Source: an uncultured Poribacteria bacterium (GTDB lineage Bacteria > Poribacteria > WGA-4E > WGA-3G). Taken from it: a stretch of DNA of 64,000 nucleotides. The position numbers and the translations under genes are program-made. The notes under the pieces are model-generated. The model was given only the letters and a program-made list of their open reading frames with translations, was not told the origin of the DNA and ran no database searches. The DNA is taken from contig OX638351.1 of NCBI GenBank assembly GCA_951813565.1, positions 832,001 through 896,000 on the forward strand, written 5' to 3'. This document shows, piece after piece, positions 50,935 through 60,632 of the stretch; position 1 is the first letter of the stretch; each line of letters opens with the position of its first letter.

Positions 50935-52308
50935 TTACCTCGTAAGTCGTTTCAAAACATTATGTGTAATCTGTTCAACAACAGCATCGCCACCTGCTAA
51001 TCCGTGTGACCAATCTGTTGTAGCAGCAGTAAAGACAGTACCACCTTTCGTATAGATACCCATTGTAGCAGCACCCGTATGTCCCTGTTTCCAACGTTCA
51101 TACCATTCGCAATCATCTGGATGCCAACGGACAGGTGTAGTCGCGAGGATTGTAAATCCTTCAGGAGTGCCATCTTGATAGGTCGGCACGGGCAAACCAT
51201 CTTGAAGTGTAAATTCGCACCCATCACATTCGTAGCCGACAATGGTATTTTGCCCACCGAACTTGTCATCTCTCGCCAAGTCTGTACCTTCAAATACCCA
51301 GTGTTCCGGACGGTGTGCCGTGTATGCACCATCTCCATCCATAAATTGCCCGTGGCTCAAGTGATAGCCGCCTTGTAGGAAACCGACACCAGTCAAATGA
51401 TTTTCAGGACGATTCACCAAATAGTGACTCCACAAAGTACTCAACGTGCTGTAATCATCGGTTTTGTAAACAGGGTCTTGGTTGTAGCCCTGCTTAAAGC
51501 AGACAAGCGCACGTCCATTGTCTTCAGAACGCACCTGCCAACACACAGAATTTCCGCTGAAGAATGCTACGTTACCACCATTCACAATAAATGTCTCAAG
51601 ATTATCCCGCATTGGTGCAGACCAGTATTCGTCATGTCCAACACTTAATACGAGTTTGTAATGCTCCAAAATTTCAGGATGGAATTCCAGATCGCTATTC
51701 GCAGCATAGTCAAGCGTCCATCCGTTCTGTTCTGCCCAAACAATAAATGGCAACTCCCAGTTTCTAAAGATACCACCTGTGGGTCGGTCGAATGAAACAC
51801 GATGCCCCTGTATTTTATTTTGTCCGTGATACCCGTAAAGGCTAAAACCACCCCAGTTATTGTAAGCGTTATAGGTGTTGGTAGAAAGCTGCAGCAGTAT
51901 AGGTGTATTTTCTCCTGGCTTTGCTGGACGAACAATAAAGAACAAGGAACTTTCAGCCGTACGATGATTTCTGTAGATAGGATCACCACCGCCATCTGCT
52001 GCGCGGAGTATGCCTTCATAGTATCCGCTCTGCCATGTCTCAGGCACCTCAAGCGTAAAAGTAGCGTTCCAACCACAGCCGTGTGATGAAGCGTTTTCGG
52101 GAATTAGTTGTGCCTCACCGGGTAGCCCTGATTCGTTGAATACGACCTCGCGCGTCGCGCCAATACGTGCAATTTCCAGAGAATAGTTCCCCGCACTCGT
52201 TGAAACATTGAACGCAATCTCCTCACCGGGTGCGTAGCTCAGTTGATGGGTGTATCCGTCAATATAGAGCGGTCTTATACGATTTTCGGTATGCGTTAAA
52301 GTTGCCAT
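50935..52308 (-). CDS. N,N-dimethylformamidase beta-subunit-like protein
   Basis: TYNAYNNWGG.SLY, VSFDRP, SVGHDEYWS, FFSGN..WQVR, VGYECD. Confidence 0.82.
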   Translation of the reverse strand: MATLTHTENRIRPLYIDGYTHQLSYAPGEEIAFNVSTSAGNYSLEIARIGATREVVFNESGLPGEAQLIPENASSHGCGWNATFTLEVPETWQSGYYEGILRAADGGGDPIYRNHRTAESSLFFIVRPAKPGENTPILLQLSTNTYNAYNNWGGFSLYGYHGQNKIQGHRVSFDRPTGGIFRNWELPFIVWAEQNGWTLDYAANSDLEFHPEILEHYKLVLSVGHDEYWSAPMRDNLETFIVNGGNVAFFSGNSVCWQVRSEDNGRALVCFKQGYNQDPVYKTDDYSTLSTLWSHYLVNRPENHLTGVGFLQGGYHLSHGQFMDGDGAYTAHRPEHWVFEGTDLARDDKFGGQNTIVGYECDGCEFTLQDGLPVPTYQDGTPEGFTILATTPVRWHPDDCEWYERWKQGHTGAATMGIYTKGGTVFTAATTDWSHGLAGGDAVVEQITHNVLKRLTR

Positions 52309-52538
52309 GATGCGTCCTCCTTGATGTGTAGGGTATCACTTTTTGGGCAAAATGTCAACGGTATAAGGACAATATTTTAGAGCATCAAAAATGTAGAATT
52401 GAAAAAATTCGTCAATTTTACAGAAAAGTGATATAATATGTAGGGAGAACTGCTTTTGCAGTGGTTTTCGTCCTTCATTATATTGAAGGGTCCTCTTGTT
52501 GGCACAATGGAAAATGTTGATACGGAAGTGAGAAAAAT

Positions 52539-53396
52539 ATGGAAATAGATCAAAAACAACTAACCCCGCTTTCCCCTGAACAGATGCATCAATGGGAGAA
52601 CGATGGATACCTCTTACTAAAAGACGTTGTTCCAGAGTCTTATATCAATGGTGTACGCGATAGGTTTGCCCACGTTGTAGATGGTATAATTGATCAACTA
52701 AAAGAGCAGGGAATCGTTGAAGATGAAGGGAAAGATCTCCCATTTGAAACGCGATTCTTGCAAGTCGCTGGTGAACATGCTAACCGTTTTGGTCGGTCTT
52801 GGCGTGGACAAATCGCTACATCCGAAATTTTTGATCTGCACTATGCCGGTCCTCTCGTAGATGCAATCGGTCAACTTACAGGTACAGACGTCATTGGACA
52901 TCCTGTCTTCAATGCTCGTCCTAAACTACCTGGACAACAATTGACTGTGGTTCCCTGGCATCAGGACAGTGGCTATTTTGGCACAGTCAGTGAACAATCA
53001 CTCATCCCGACTGCATGGATACCGCTCGTGCCGGTAGATGAGGGCAACGGATGTTTACAGGTGGTTGCAGGTTCGCATCGGTTAGGTGTAGTTGACCATC
53101 ACACTGAAAATCGTGAAGGCAAATTTCTTGAGGTGATGGACGAACTTATTGAGGATTCCAGTATTGTGACCTGTCCGATGGAGATAGGTGATGCCCTGGT
53201 GTTCCATAACCTCACGCTCCACCGATCCTTACCGCACACCACAAGCGAGATTATCCGATGGGCAATTGACATCCGCTATCTTCGTGATGGTGACCATCCG
53301 GGCAGCATTTACTGGAAAGACCCTGATTTTAAATGGGTGATCCGAAGTAAAACACAACCCCTGACAACCCTTGCCCAATGGCTTGAAATGTGGTAG
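52539..53396 (+). CDS. PhyH family dioxygenase
   Basis: PWHQD, NGCL.V..GSH, HNLTLHRS, RW..D.RY. Confidence 0.92.
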   Translation: MEIDQKQLTPLSPEQMHQWENDGYLLLKDVVPESYINGVRDRFAHVVDGIIDQLKEQGIVEDEGKDLPFETRFLQVAGEHANRFGRSWRGQIATSEIFDLHYAGPLVDAIGQLTGTDVIGHPVFNARPKLPGQQLTVVPWHQDSGYFGTVSEQSLIPTAWIPLVPVDEGNGCLQVVAGSHRLGVVDHHTENREGKFLEVMDELIEDSSIVTCPMEIGDALVFHNLTLHRSLPHTTSEIIRWAIDIRYLRDGDHPGSIYWKDPDFKWVIRSKTQPLTTLAQWLEMW

Positions 53397-53519
53397 TGTG
53401 ATGTGATACTATAAACTGTTAATTGAGCGCTTGCACTTCAAATTTGGTTTGACATCCAGAAATTGGCATGGTCCAATAGTTTTGAATAAATTGCTTGAAT
53501 TGACACTCTTTTTGGACTT

Positions 53520-53841
53520 AGATACAGACGCAGCAAATGATGGAGCACATATAGGTGCGGGGTCTGTTCCCCGAGATGGCAACTCTCCAAGTTCTGCTAA
53601 TGCTTTGTTCAATATCGGTCCAAGCAAGTGTATCCATCTATTCGCAAGCGGTTGAGACATGCCAAAGAGCACACCGAATAGCACTTGTTTCGGTGCTTCA
53701 CGAAGGTAAATCAATATAAATAGCAACATATCTTCAGGCGTATCAAAACTACTATTTTTATAGGGTTTATATCTCCGTTTTTTGCGTGGTTTTCCTTCAA
53801 GGGTATGTGTTTGAACATACTCTAAAAAACATTTAGTAAAA
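53520..53841 (-). pseudogene. Transposase remnant (IS5/IS4-like HTH region)
   Basis: ...TLEGKPRKKRRY...PEDMLLFILIYLR..P.Q...G.LFGMSQP.ANRWIH; no start, no DDE domain. Confidence 0.7.
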
Positions 53842-54640
53842 TAACGTGAGTTTGATAATAATATTATAACGTGAGTTTGATAATTAGACCTAAATGTAGA
53901 TGTCAGTTGGGTAGAGCGAAGCGAAACCTATAGGCGTCAATTTAGTGCCTGATTTTCTTGTGGGAGGGCTTTCTAAGCCCGATATTGTGAGGCTCAAACC
54001 GTTATATCGGGGTTGAAAACCCGACAAATGCCAAAAAGCGCATTTGGCGTTGATTTGGCAGCATGCCATACGCGCATGCTGCGTTGATTCACTCCCACAA
54101 TAGGATATATCCTAAAATTGACACTTATGGGTAGAGCTTGCGAAACCCGACCTGTTGGGACTGAAATACTATTATCAAAACCTGCTTGATGTGTTCCTTC
54201 GATTTCCGTGTGAAACCCGCCCAGTTTGCCTTGAAACCTTGATATTGTCGGGTTTCGCAAGCTCTACCCGACGGGCGAACTTTAGATTTTATGAGAGACC
54301 AAAAACTACGGACAATTAAAACGTTATAATGTCTAATGTCTATTATTCCTAATCGGTTTGTTTTACTAACGTGAGTTCGGTATAATACCAAACGGGACTT
54401 ACGCAACTTGATCAAAAAACAGACAAATTTCGTCTGAAAAATCGTTATTTCAGCACTTTTAACCCTAAATCCCTTATCAAGCGGACTTTAAGAAGAACTG
54501 CGCAAGTCCTGTTTGGTTACGGCACGCGGTGCGTACCTACTACCTTTAAGCATATATTTGACATTGAATTATTTAGGCACACCCTTCGTTTATCTCTTTC
54601 TCTCTTGTAGGAGGACTTTGTAAGTCCGATTTCCTATCAA
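53842..54640. repeat. Cluster of IS-end motifs, REP-like palindromes and MITEs
   Basis: TAACGTGAGTTTGATAAT x2; perfect 23-bp IR pair 54129-54151 / 54247-54269; GACTTACGCA element 54393-54511. Confidence 0.75.
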
Positions 54641-54734
54641 AAACTGAATCCCTCCGTCATACATACAAAATATCTTGCATTCTTCTCAGACATTAGGCAT
54701 AATAATACTGAACAACATGTTAAGGAAGAATTGC

Positions 54735-55754
54735 ATGGTACGTGTGCCTTTCCAAACTTTATGTGATGAATTTTATCGTGTGCTTGTAACTGTCGGATTT
54801 ACCGGTGAACAGGCGAAATTATGTGCGAAGCTATTTGCAGAAAATCAACGTGATGGTGTCTATTCACATGGACTCAATCGCTTCCCAGGGTTTGTTGCTG
54901 GATTGCAAAGTAAACAGATTAACTTCCGGGCAAAACCGGGGAAAATTGAAAGTTTCGGAGCATTAGAACGTTGGGATGGCAAGATGGGGGTAGGACTTGT
55001 CAACGCCCATATCTGTATGCAACGCGCAATGGAACTTGCCGAAACAAACAGCATCGGTTGCGTAGGACTTTCAAACACAAACCACTGGATGCGTGGTGGT
55101 GCTTATGCACTGCAGGCAGCAGAAGCAGGTTATATCGGTATCTGCTGGACAAACACAACGAAACTCATGCCACCGTGGGGTTCTGCGGAGAAAAAGATTG
55201 GTAATAACCCATTAGCAATTGCTATTCCTCGCAAAGAAGGACACATTCTGCTTGATATGGCGATGAGCCAGTATTCAAACGGAAAATTAGAAGTACTCAA
55301 ACTTCAAAGCAAACAACTGCCGCTACCAGGCGGTTACGATACCAAAGGCAACCTAACGGTCGAACCTGCAGAGATACTCGATTCGCAAAGAGCACTGCCT
55401 ATCGGCTATTGGAAAGGTTCTGGATTAGCATTTGTTCTTGACACAATGGCTACCGTAATCTCAGGTGGGCAAGCCACACATCAGATTGGAAAACAGAAAT
55501 CAGAATATGCTGTTTCTCAGGTATATATCGCTGTCAATGCTACTGGAATGATGGGACAGACAGTATTGAACGAAACCGTGGAGGCAATTATCAACGATTT
55601 TCATACCGCTGTTCCTTTAGATGAAAACGAAAAAGTGCGTTATCCAGGGGAAGGTATGTTGCGTACACGACAGGACAGCATTGAAAAGGGTGTCCTTGTG
55701 GACGAGACACAGTGGCAGGCATTATTAGAGATGAATAGAGATGAAACACTCTGA
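54735..55754 (+). CDS. yiaK: 3-dehydro-L-gulonate 2-dehydrogenase (2,3-diketo-L-gulonate reductase)
   Basis: GVYSHGLNRFP, NHWMRGG, ICWTN..MPPWG, DMAMSQYS, GYWKGSG. Confidence 0.92.
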   Translation: MVRVPFQTLCDEFYRVLVTVGFTGEQAKLCAKLFAENQRDGVYSHGLNRFPGFVAGLQSKQINFRAKPGKIESFGALERWDGKMGVGLVNAHICMQRAMELAETNSIGCVGLSNTNHWMRGGAYALQAAEAGYIGICWTNTTKLMPPWGSAEKKIGNNPLAIAIPRKEGHILLDMAMSQYSNGKLEVLKLQSKQLPLPGGYDTKGNLTVEPAEILDSQRALPIGYWKGSGLAFVLDTMATVISGGQATHQIGKQKSEYAVSQVYIAVNATGMMGQTVLNETVEAIINDFHTAVPLDENEKVRYPGEGMLRTRQDSIEKGVLVDETQWQALLEMNRDETL

Positions 55755-56136
55755 TCTTACTTTGGGAATTGGAGAAAACTCGTGACATTACGCGCAGGGA
55801 TTGTCGGTTGTGGCGGGATTAGCCGTAGCCACGCGGCAGCTTATGATGGTTTAGAAGATATTTCACTCGTCGCAATGTGTGACATTAATAGCGATGCCCT
55901 TAATAACCGCGCCGATGAATATGGTGTTCCAAACCGATATACCAATTATGATGAGATGTTTGCGAATGAAACGCTTAATATTGTGAGTGTTTGCACACAT
56001 GCGCCTTTACATGCCCCGATTACAATTGCGGCGGCACAAGCGGGTATCAATGTTTTATGTGAAAAACCACTCTCGGTTGATTTAGAGACTGCTGACCAAA
56101 TGCTTGCGGCGTGTAACGAAGCCAGTGTCCACTTAG

Positions 56137-57500
56137 CACTCCCCATCAAACCCCCTGCCTTTAGGTAGGGGATGTAGACGGCGAAAGTTTTGATTTAAAA
56201 TATACTTTCAATCTAATCACAATGTGGTATAATATATCATACTATAGTATAACTCTTGAAGTGATAAAAGACTATATTGAAGGTCAAAGTGGACAATGAG
56301 AAAATCTCACAAGTTCAAACTTCAAAACCAATCTAACACAATCAAACTCGGCAATATGCTTGATGATATGTGGGAAATCCATGTGCATATCATGCGTTTG
56401 GCACGTAGGTATTATCGCATGTTCGGCAAAAATTTGTCTGCGTATCGTCTGAAGGCACATGTTGCGAAACTTAAAAAGACAACTAAACCGCATTGGGCAG
56501 CCTTGCCGAGCCAAGTTGTGCAAGACGTTGTGCTGCGTTATGGTAAATCTCAAGACGCTTTCTTTGAGAATATCGAAGACCGAAAAGCGGGCAAAACAAC
56601 GCGTAAAGTGGGTAGACCGAAAATCAAACCGAGACACAAATACAACTCCATGACCTTCACACAAGCGGGCTACAAACTTGAAGATAACCGTATCAAAATC
56701 AACTGTATAGATACATGGTTTTCCTTTCACAAACACCGTGAAATCAAAGGGCTAATCAAGACGATCACGATCAAACGTGACAGGTGCGGTGACTATTGGA
56801 TATGCTTTTCGTGCGAGAATGTTGACGATTCCGAACCCAAACCCAAGACAGGTAAGAGCGCAGGGTTTGATTATGGAAATAAAACGTTCCTCACAAGCGA
56901 CGAAGGCAACAAGGGACAATCTCCGCAGTTTTTCAAACAATCACTGAAAAAGTTGCGAGCCTTGAGCAAAGCGCTGAGCCGTAAAGTCAAAGGTTCTAAC
57001 AACTATTATCGTGCGTGCCGTGCTTTAGCAAGGCAACACAGAAAAGTTGCCCGACAAAGAGAAGATTGGCAATGGAAACTTGCCTCAAAACTTTGTGTAG
57101 AGTTTGACACACTCATTTTGGAAACGCTGAACCTTGACGGTATGAAACGATTATGGGGACGTAAAGTTTCTGACCATTCTTTCTACCAGTTTCTTCAGAT
57201 ATTGGAACAGAAGTGTGCCAAACACGGTAAAAAACTTGTGCAAATCTCTCAATGGATAGCAACAACAAAACCTTGTAGTGATTGTGGATACCATAACAAA
57301 GAACTCTCTCTTTCTGATAGGCAGTGGACATGTTCCGAATGTGGTTCACACCACGACAGAGACATCAATGCTGCTATCAATATCAAACAGGCAGGCTTGG
57401 CTGCCTAAAGTGGAGCGACACTAAGACGGTCAACTCTCTGAGAAAACCGCAGTCGCAAGGAAGCACAAACCCCTACCTTTAGGTAGTGGGTACCTATGAC
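56137..57500 (+). mobile_element. IS605-type element with intact tnpB and relic tnpA
   Basis: Inserted 3' of TTAG with no duplication; subterminal hairpins CCCCTGCCTTTAGGTAGGGG and CCCCTACCTTTAGGTAGTGGG; ends in TGAC. Confidence 0.95.
56296..57408 (+). CDS. tnpB: RNA-guided endonuclease TnpB
   Basis: RuvC-I GFDYG, RuvC-II LETL, zinc finger CSDC..CSEC, RuvC-III DRDINAA. Confidence 0.95.
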   Translation: MRKSHKFKLQNQSNTIKLGNMLDDMWEIHVHIMRLARRYYRMFGKNLSAYRLKAHVAKLKKTTKPHWAALPSQVVQDVVLRYGKSQDAFFENIEDRKAGKTTRKVGRPKIKPRHKYNSMTFTQAGYKLEDNRIKINCIDTWFSFHKHREIKGLIKTITIKRDRCGDYWICFSCENVDDSEPKPKTGKSAGFDYGNKTFLTSDEGNKGQSPQFFKQSLKKLRALSKALSRKVKGSNNYYRACRALARQHRKVARQREDWQWKLASKLCVEFDTLILETLNLDGMKRLWGRKVSDHSFYQFLQILEQKCAKHGKKLVQISQWIATTKPCSDCGYHNKELSLSDRQWTCSECGSHHDRDINAAINIKQAGLAA

Positions 57501-57520
57501 CGGTCAGCCACCAATTCCGA
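57350..57520 (+). ncRNA. Predicted TnpB omega/reRNA scaffold plus guide (5' boundary approximate)
   Basis: By established TnpB biology the RNA covers the tnpB 3' end to the right end; the guide would be the flank CGGTCAGCCACCAATTCCGA. Confidence 0.6.
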
Positions 57521-58269
57521 TTTACACCTCTTTTTCGGCATGCAAAATCCCTAATTGACGCGGGGAAGATTGGCGAACTACGATCAATTCGTGAGGTTGG
57601 TAAAGGACGCGAAGCAGGCTTTGAATTGATGGAGATGGGAGTCCACTATTTTGACGAGATGGATTTCTTCTTAGACGGTATCTCTTGGATTCAGGCACAT
57701 ATCACATATCAAGGACATGATGTGACAGACGATGACATTATGCACAGCAGTGAGTTGTGCAAAACTGATCGGCGTGACAATGGAATTGTCGCGGGAGATA
57801 CGATGTTGGTACATATCGGTGGCGCAAATGGTGCGTATGGAATTATGGAACTTTACCGACGCCCGCAGCGACACGGGTGGATGATGGGACCGCATCTTCT
57901 CGGTTCGGAGGGACAATTGATGATAAAACCAAACCCACATACAGGTATAGATGAAGTGTGGTACTGTCCTTTTGATGTCTCATTTGCAGCACATACACCT
58001 ACGTGGGAACAGATAGAACTTGATACATCAGCATTTATGATCTCTGGAAAAGCGTGGAAGTCTCGCCACACAATCTGGAGTGCAAAAAATGTCCGAGACG
58101 CACTTCTTGACGAAAATCAGCCAGAACTCGGTGGACGCAACGCGCTTACATCGCTTGAGTGTGTTAGCGCAACCTACGTCTCCCATTTTAGTGAGAAAAA
58201 AGTGCAACTGCCATTAGAGGAGCGGAGCCATCCACTTACCAAACATATTAACATAGGAGCAACAACTGA

Positions 58270-59118
58270 ATGAAACTTGCATTCTTTGATGATTACCGAC
58301 TCGGTGTGATTACTGAAAACGAAATTGTTGATATCAGTAATGCACTCGGTGATATTTCGTCTCATACACCGCAAGAACTTATACAAACGGTGATAGAGGA
58401 TTTTGATAACCTCCGTTCAACAATAGCGGATGCAGCTGAAAACGGCACTCCAATTGCTGTAGAAAATGTTACCCTTAAAGCTCCATTACCGCGCCCTGGA
58501 CAACTCGTTTGCCTTGCTGGTAATTACATTGAGCCAGATAGCCCTTCCCGACTTGATTTCAATGCATTCCTCAAATCACCAACCAGTGTTATTTCCACGC
58601 AGGAAACTGTCCAACTTCCAGAGGCGGATGTAACCGTGTTTCATTTTGAACCTGAGTTGGCTATTGTTATCGGAAAAACGGCAAGGCATCTAACAGAAGC
58701 AAACGCACTTGACTGCGTTTTTGGGTACACACAATTTATTGATGTGTCTGCGCGCGGTTTACCGGGCGGGTTCTTTTTGGGGAAAAGTTGGCACACCTTC
58801 GCACCGATGGGACCTGGGCTTATTACCGCTGATGAAGTTGAAGATCCGAATGCGCTTGGTGTACAACTCTGGATTAACGACCGTTTACAACACGATTTCT
58901 CCACAAACTCCATGGCGCGTTTCGTCCCAGAATTGCTCGTTGAGGTAACTAATGTGATAACACTGGAACCCGGGGATGTAGTCTCTACAGGCACACATCA
59001 CGAAGCACTCACCGCAGTGGGAGATGGTGATACGGTTCAGTTAGCAATTGAAGGTTTTGGACCAGCGTTAGCTGTCAACGTACACGACCCGTTAAAGCGC
59101 ACGACTTGGCGTGGGTAA
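58270..59118 (+). CDS. Fumarylacetoacetate hydrolase family protein
   Basis: HFEPELA.VIG, DVSAR, GKSW.TF.P.GP, PGDVV.TGT. Confidence 0.93.
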   Translation: MKLAFFDDYRLGVITENEIVDISNALGDISSHTPQELIQTVIEDFDNLRSTIADAAENGTPIAVENVTLKAPLPRPGQLVCLAGNYIEPDSPSRLDFNAFLKSPTSVISTQETVQLPEADVTVFHFEPELAIVIGKTARHLTEANALDCVFGYTQFIDVSARGLPGGFFLGKSWHTFAPMGPGLITADEVEDPNALGVQLWINDRLQHDFSTNSMARFVPELLVEVTNVITLEPGDVVSTGTHHEALTAVGDGDTVQLAIEGFGPALAVNVHDPLKRTTWRG

Positions 59119-59127
59119 GAAAAAAGG

Positions 59128-59157
59128 TTGACAACCGTATCGGTTTGCATGTATAAT
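59128..59157 (+). promoter_or_regulatory. Sigma70-type promoter
   Basis: TTGACA-18 nt-TATAAT. Confidence 0.7.
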
Positions 59158-59292
59158 TTTAAAAATCAGGAATTTTAGGGCGTAGTTTGCAAGCCGATAT
59201 TACAATTTGGGATGCGATGTCCTACGTTGCAGGAAATTATTTTTAGTTTAGACACAACAAACCCGTTCTTGATGATTAAGGAGAAGCGATTG

Positions 59293-60219
59293 ATGAAAAG
59301 ACACAGAAATATAGCCATTTATGCTATCTTTGCAATTGTCTGTGTGTGGATGGTAGGATGCGGCGGCTGTAATCCGGAACCGGTGCCGTCAAACATGACC
59401 CCTATTGAAGGGGAGGAAACTGGTGGAACGTCTGTCCTTATTACTGGCGAAAATTTCGATATGAAAAACGGTATGACTGTGATGTTTGGTGAGAAAGAAG
59501 GGCAAAATGTAACCGTCCCAAGTAAAACAGAACTTACTGTGGTAGCACCTGCTGGCACAGCGGGACAATCAGTGAGTGTCGTTATCACCAACAAAGGAAA
59601 ACCAGATGTGCCCGTTACGCTCAGCCAGCAATTTACCTATACAGATGCAACACCGCCGACAGTAACAGGTACCGACCCTACTGATGGTACTGTTTTCTCT
59701 GAATACGAAGATTCTTTGAATGTCAGAGATAACCTCACGGTTACCTTCAGTGAACCGGTTGATGCTAATAGCGTTTCAATTCAAGTTGCTGTTGCTAAAA
59801 CAGAAGATGCCATGAGTGAACCCGCAGAAGTTACACTTACAGGCACAGTAAGTGGTAGTGACGATTCTGTGACGTTTACTTCAGATATGCCGATGCGCTG
59901 CGGACGCATGTATACCGTCACTGTCTCAGGCGCTACTGATATGGCTGGAAATACCCTTGCTACCGCACACAGTTTCAGTTTTAGTGTTACCAGTCCGGAA
60001 CCTGTCTACAAGTATTACGTTAAAGAAGAGGATATTCAGGAAGAAAATGGTGAGGCAGCACTTAAACGCATCGCCTCTCGTCCTGAGATTTTTGATAATC
60101 CTGAGAAGTGGACACGATTAGTAGCCGCAAATCAAGATGATTATATCTTTGATCGGACGAAACTAAGTGTGGGACAAGAGTTATTAATTCCTCGCGGACC
60201 CGCTTGGGGTGATAAGTAG
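59293..60219 (+). CDS. Lipoprotein with IPT/TIG, Ig-like and LysM-like domains
   Basis: Lipobox MVGC; P.EG...GGT.V.ITGENF; PPTV..T.P...VTFSEPVD; L..IA...W..L..AN...L.VGQEL.IP. Confidence 0.8.
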   Translation: MKRHRNIAIYAIFAIVCVWMVGCGGCNPEPVPSNMTPIEGEETGGTSVLITGENFDMKNGMTVMFGEKEGQNVTVPSKTELTVVAPAGTAGQSVSVVITNKGKPDVPVTLSQQFTYTDATPPTVTGTDPTDGTVFSEYEDSLNVRDNLTVTFSEPVDANSVSIQVAVAKTEDAMSEPAEVTLTGTVSGSDDSVTFTSDMPMRCGRMYTVTVSGATDMAGNTLATAHSFSFSVTSPEPVYKYYVKEEDIQEENGEAALKRIASRPEIFDNPEKWTRLVAANQDDYIFDRTKLSVGQELLIPRGPAWGDK

Positions 60220-60246
60220 CCAATATCTTATTATATGGTAATTAGA

Positions 60247-60279
60247 AAAAAGCCGTGTATCTAATACACGGCTTTTTTA
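60247..60279 (+). terminator. Rho-independent terminator (possibly bidirectional)
   Basis: AAAAAGCCGTGTA-TCTAA-TACACGGCTTTTTT. Confidence 0.85.
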
Positions 60280-60632
60280 TTTGCAATGGTCTGAACCAGG
60301 ATTTACAAGATTGTTGAGTTTTCTTGATTGAAGTTGTCTCTTGTGGGAGGGTTTGCATTCAATTCACCAAATCAATGCAGAATACCACACGCGTATTCTG
60401 CATTGCACATTTGTTGTTTGGTTTGGATTTCTTCTGTGAGTAGGAATCAACGCTGAATACACTTTTGTTTGGTATTCAGCGGGTTCCTAACCTTGGTCCT
60501 TGGTGACGTATCAGGTTTGCAAGTCCAACCACAAGAATATGTATCACGGCGAGTGTTTCTATAAAAAGAAAACGGATTAGTAATAACTAAAATGGTAATA
60601 CTAATCCGCTTATGTAAGTGATGTGAAATGTC

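Larger units (their letters stand above)
55782..58273 (+). pseudogene. Gfo/Idh/MocA oxidoreductase interrupted by TnpB element
   Basis: Removing 56137-57500 rejoins CAC TTA G|CG GTC AGC CAC CAA TTC CGA (HLAVSHQFR) in frame with the 57626 ORF. Confidence 0.92.

Noticed and set aside
53994..54415. Short minus-strand ORFs
   Set aside because: They run through palindromic repeats and are likely spurious.
56137..56295. IStron (group I intron plus IS605) that would splice out of the oxidoreductase mRNA
   Set aside because: Only ~160 nt precede tnpB, explained by the left-end hairpin, a promoter and the tnpA relic; no room or motifs for a group I core.
56296..57408. Cas12 effector or catalytically dead TldR regulator
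   Set aside because: No CRISPR array, IS605 ends present, and all three RuvC acidic residues are retained.
57626..58273. Independent 215-aa gene
   Set aside because: It is the C-terminal part of the interrupted oxidoreductase starting at 55782.
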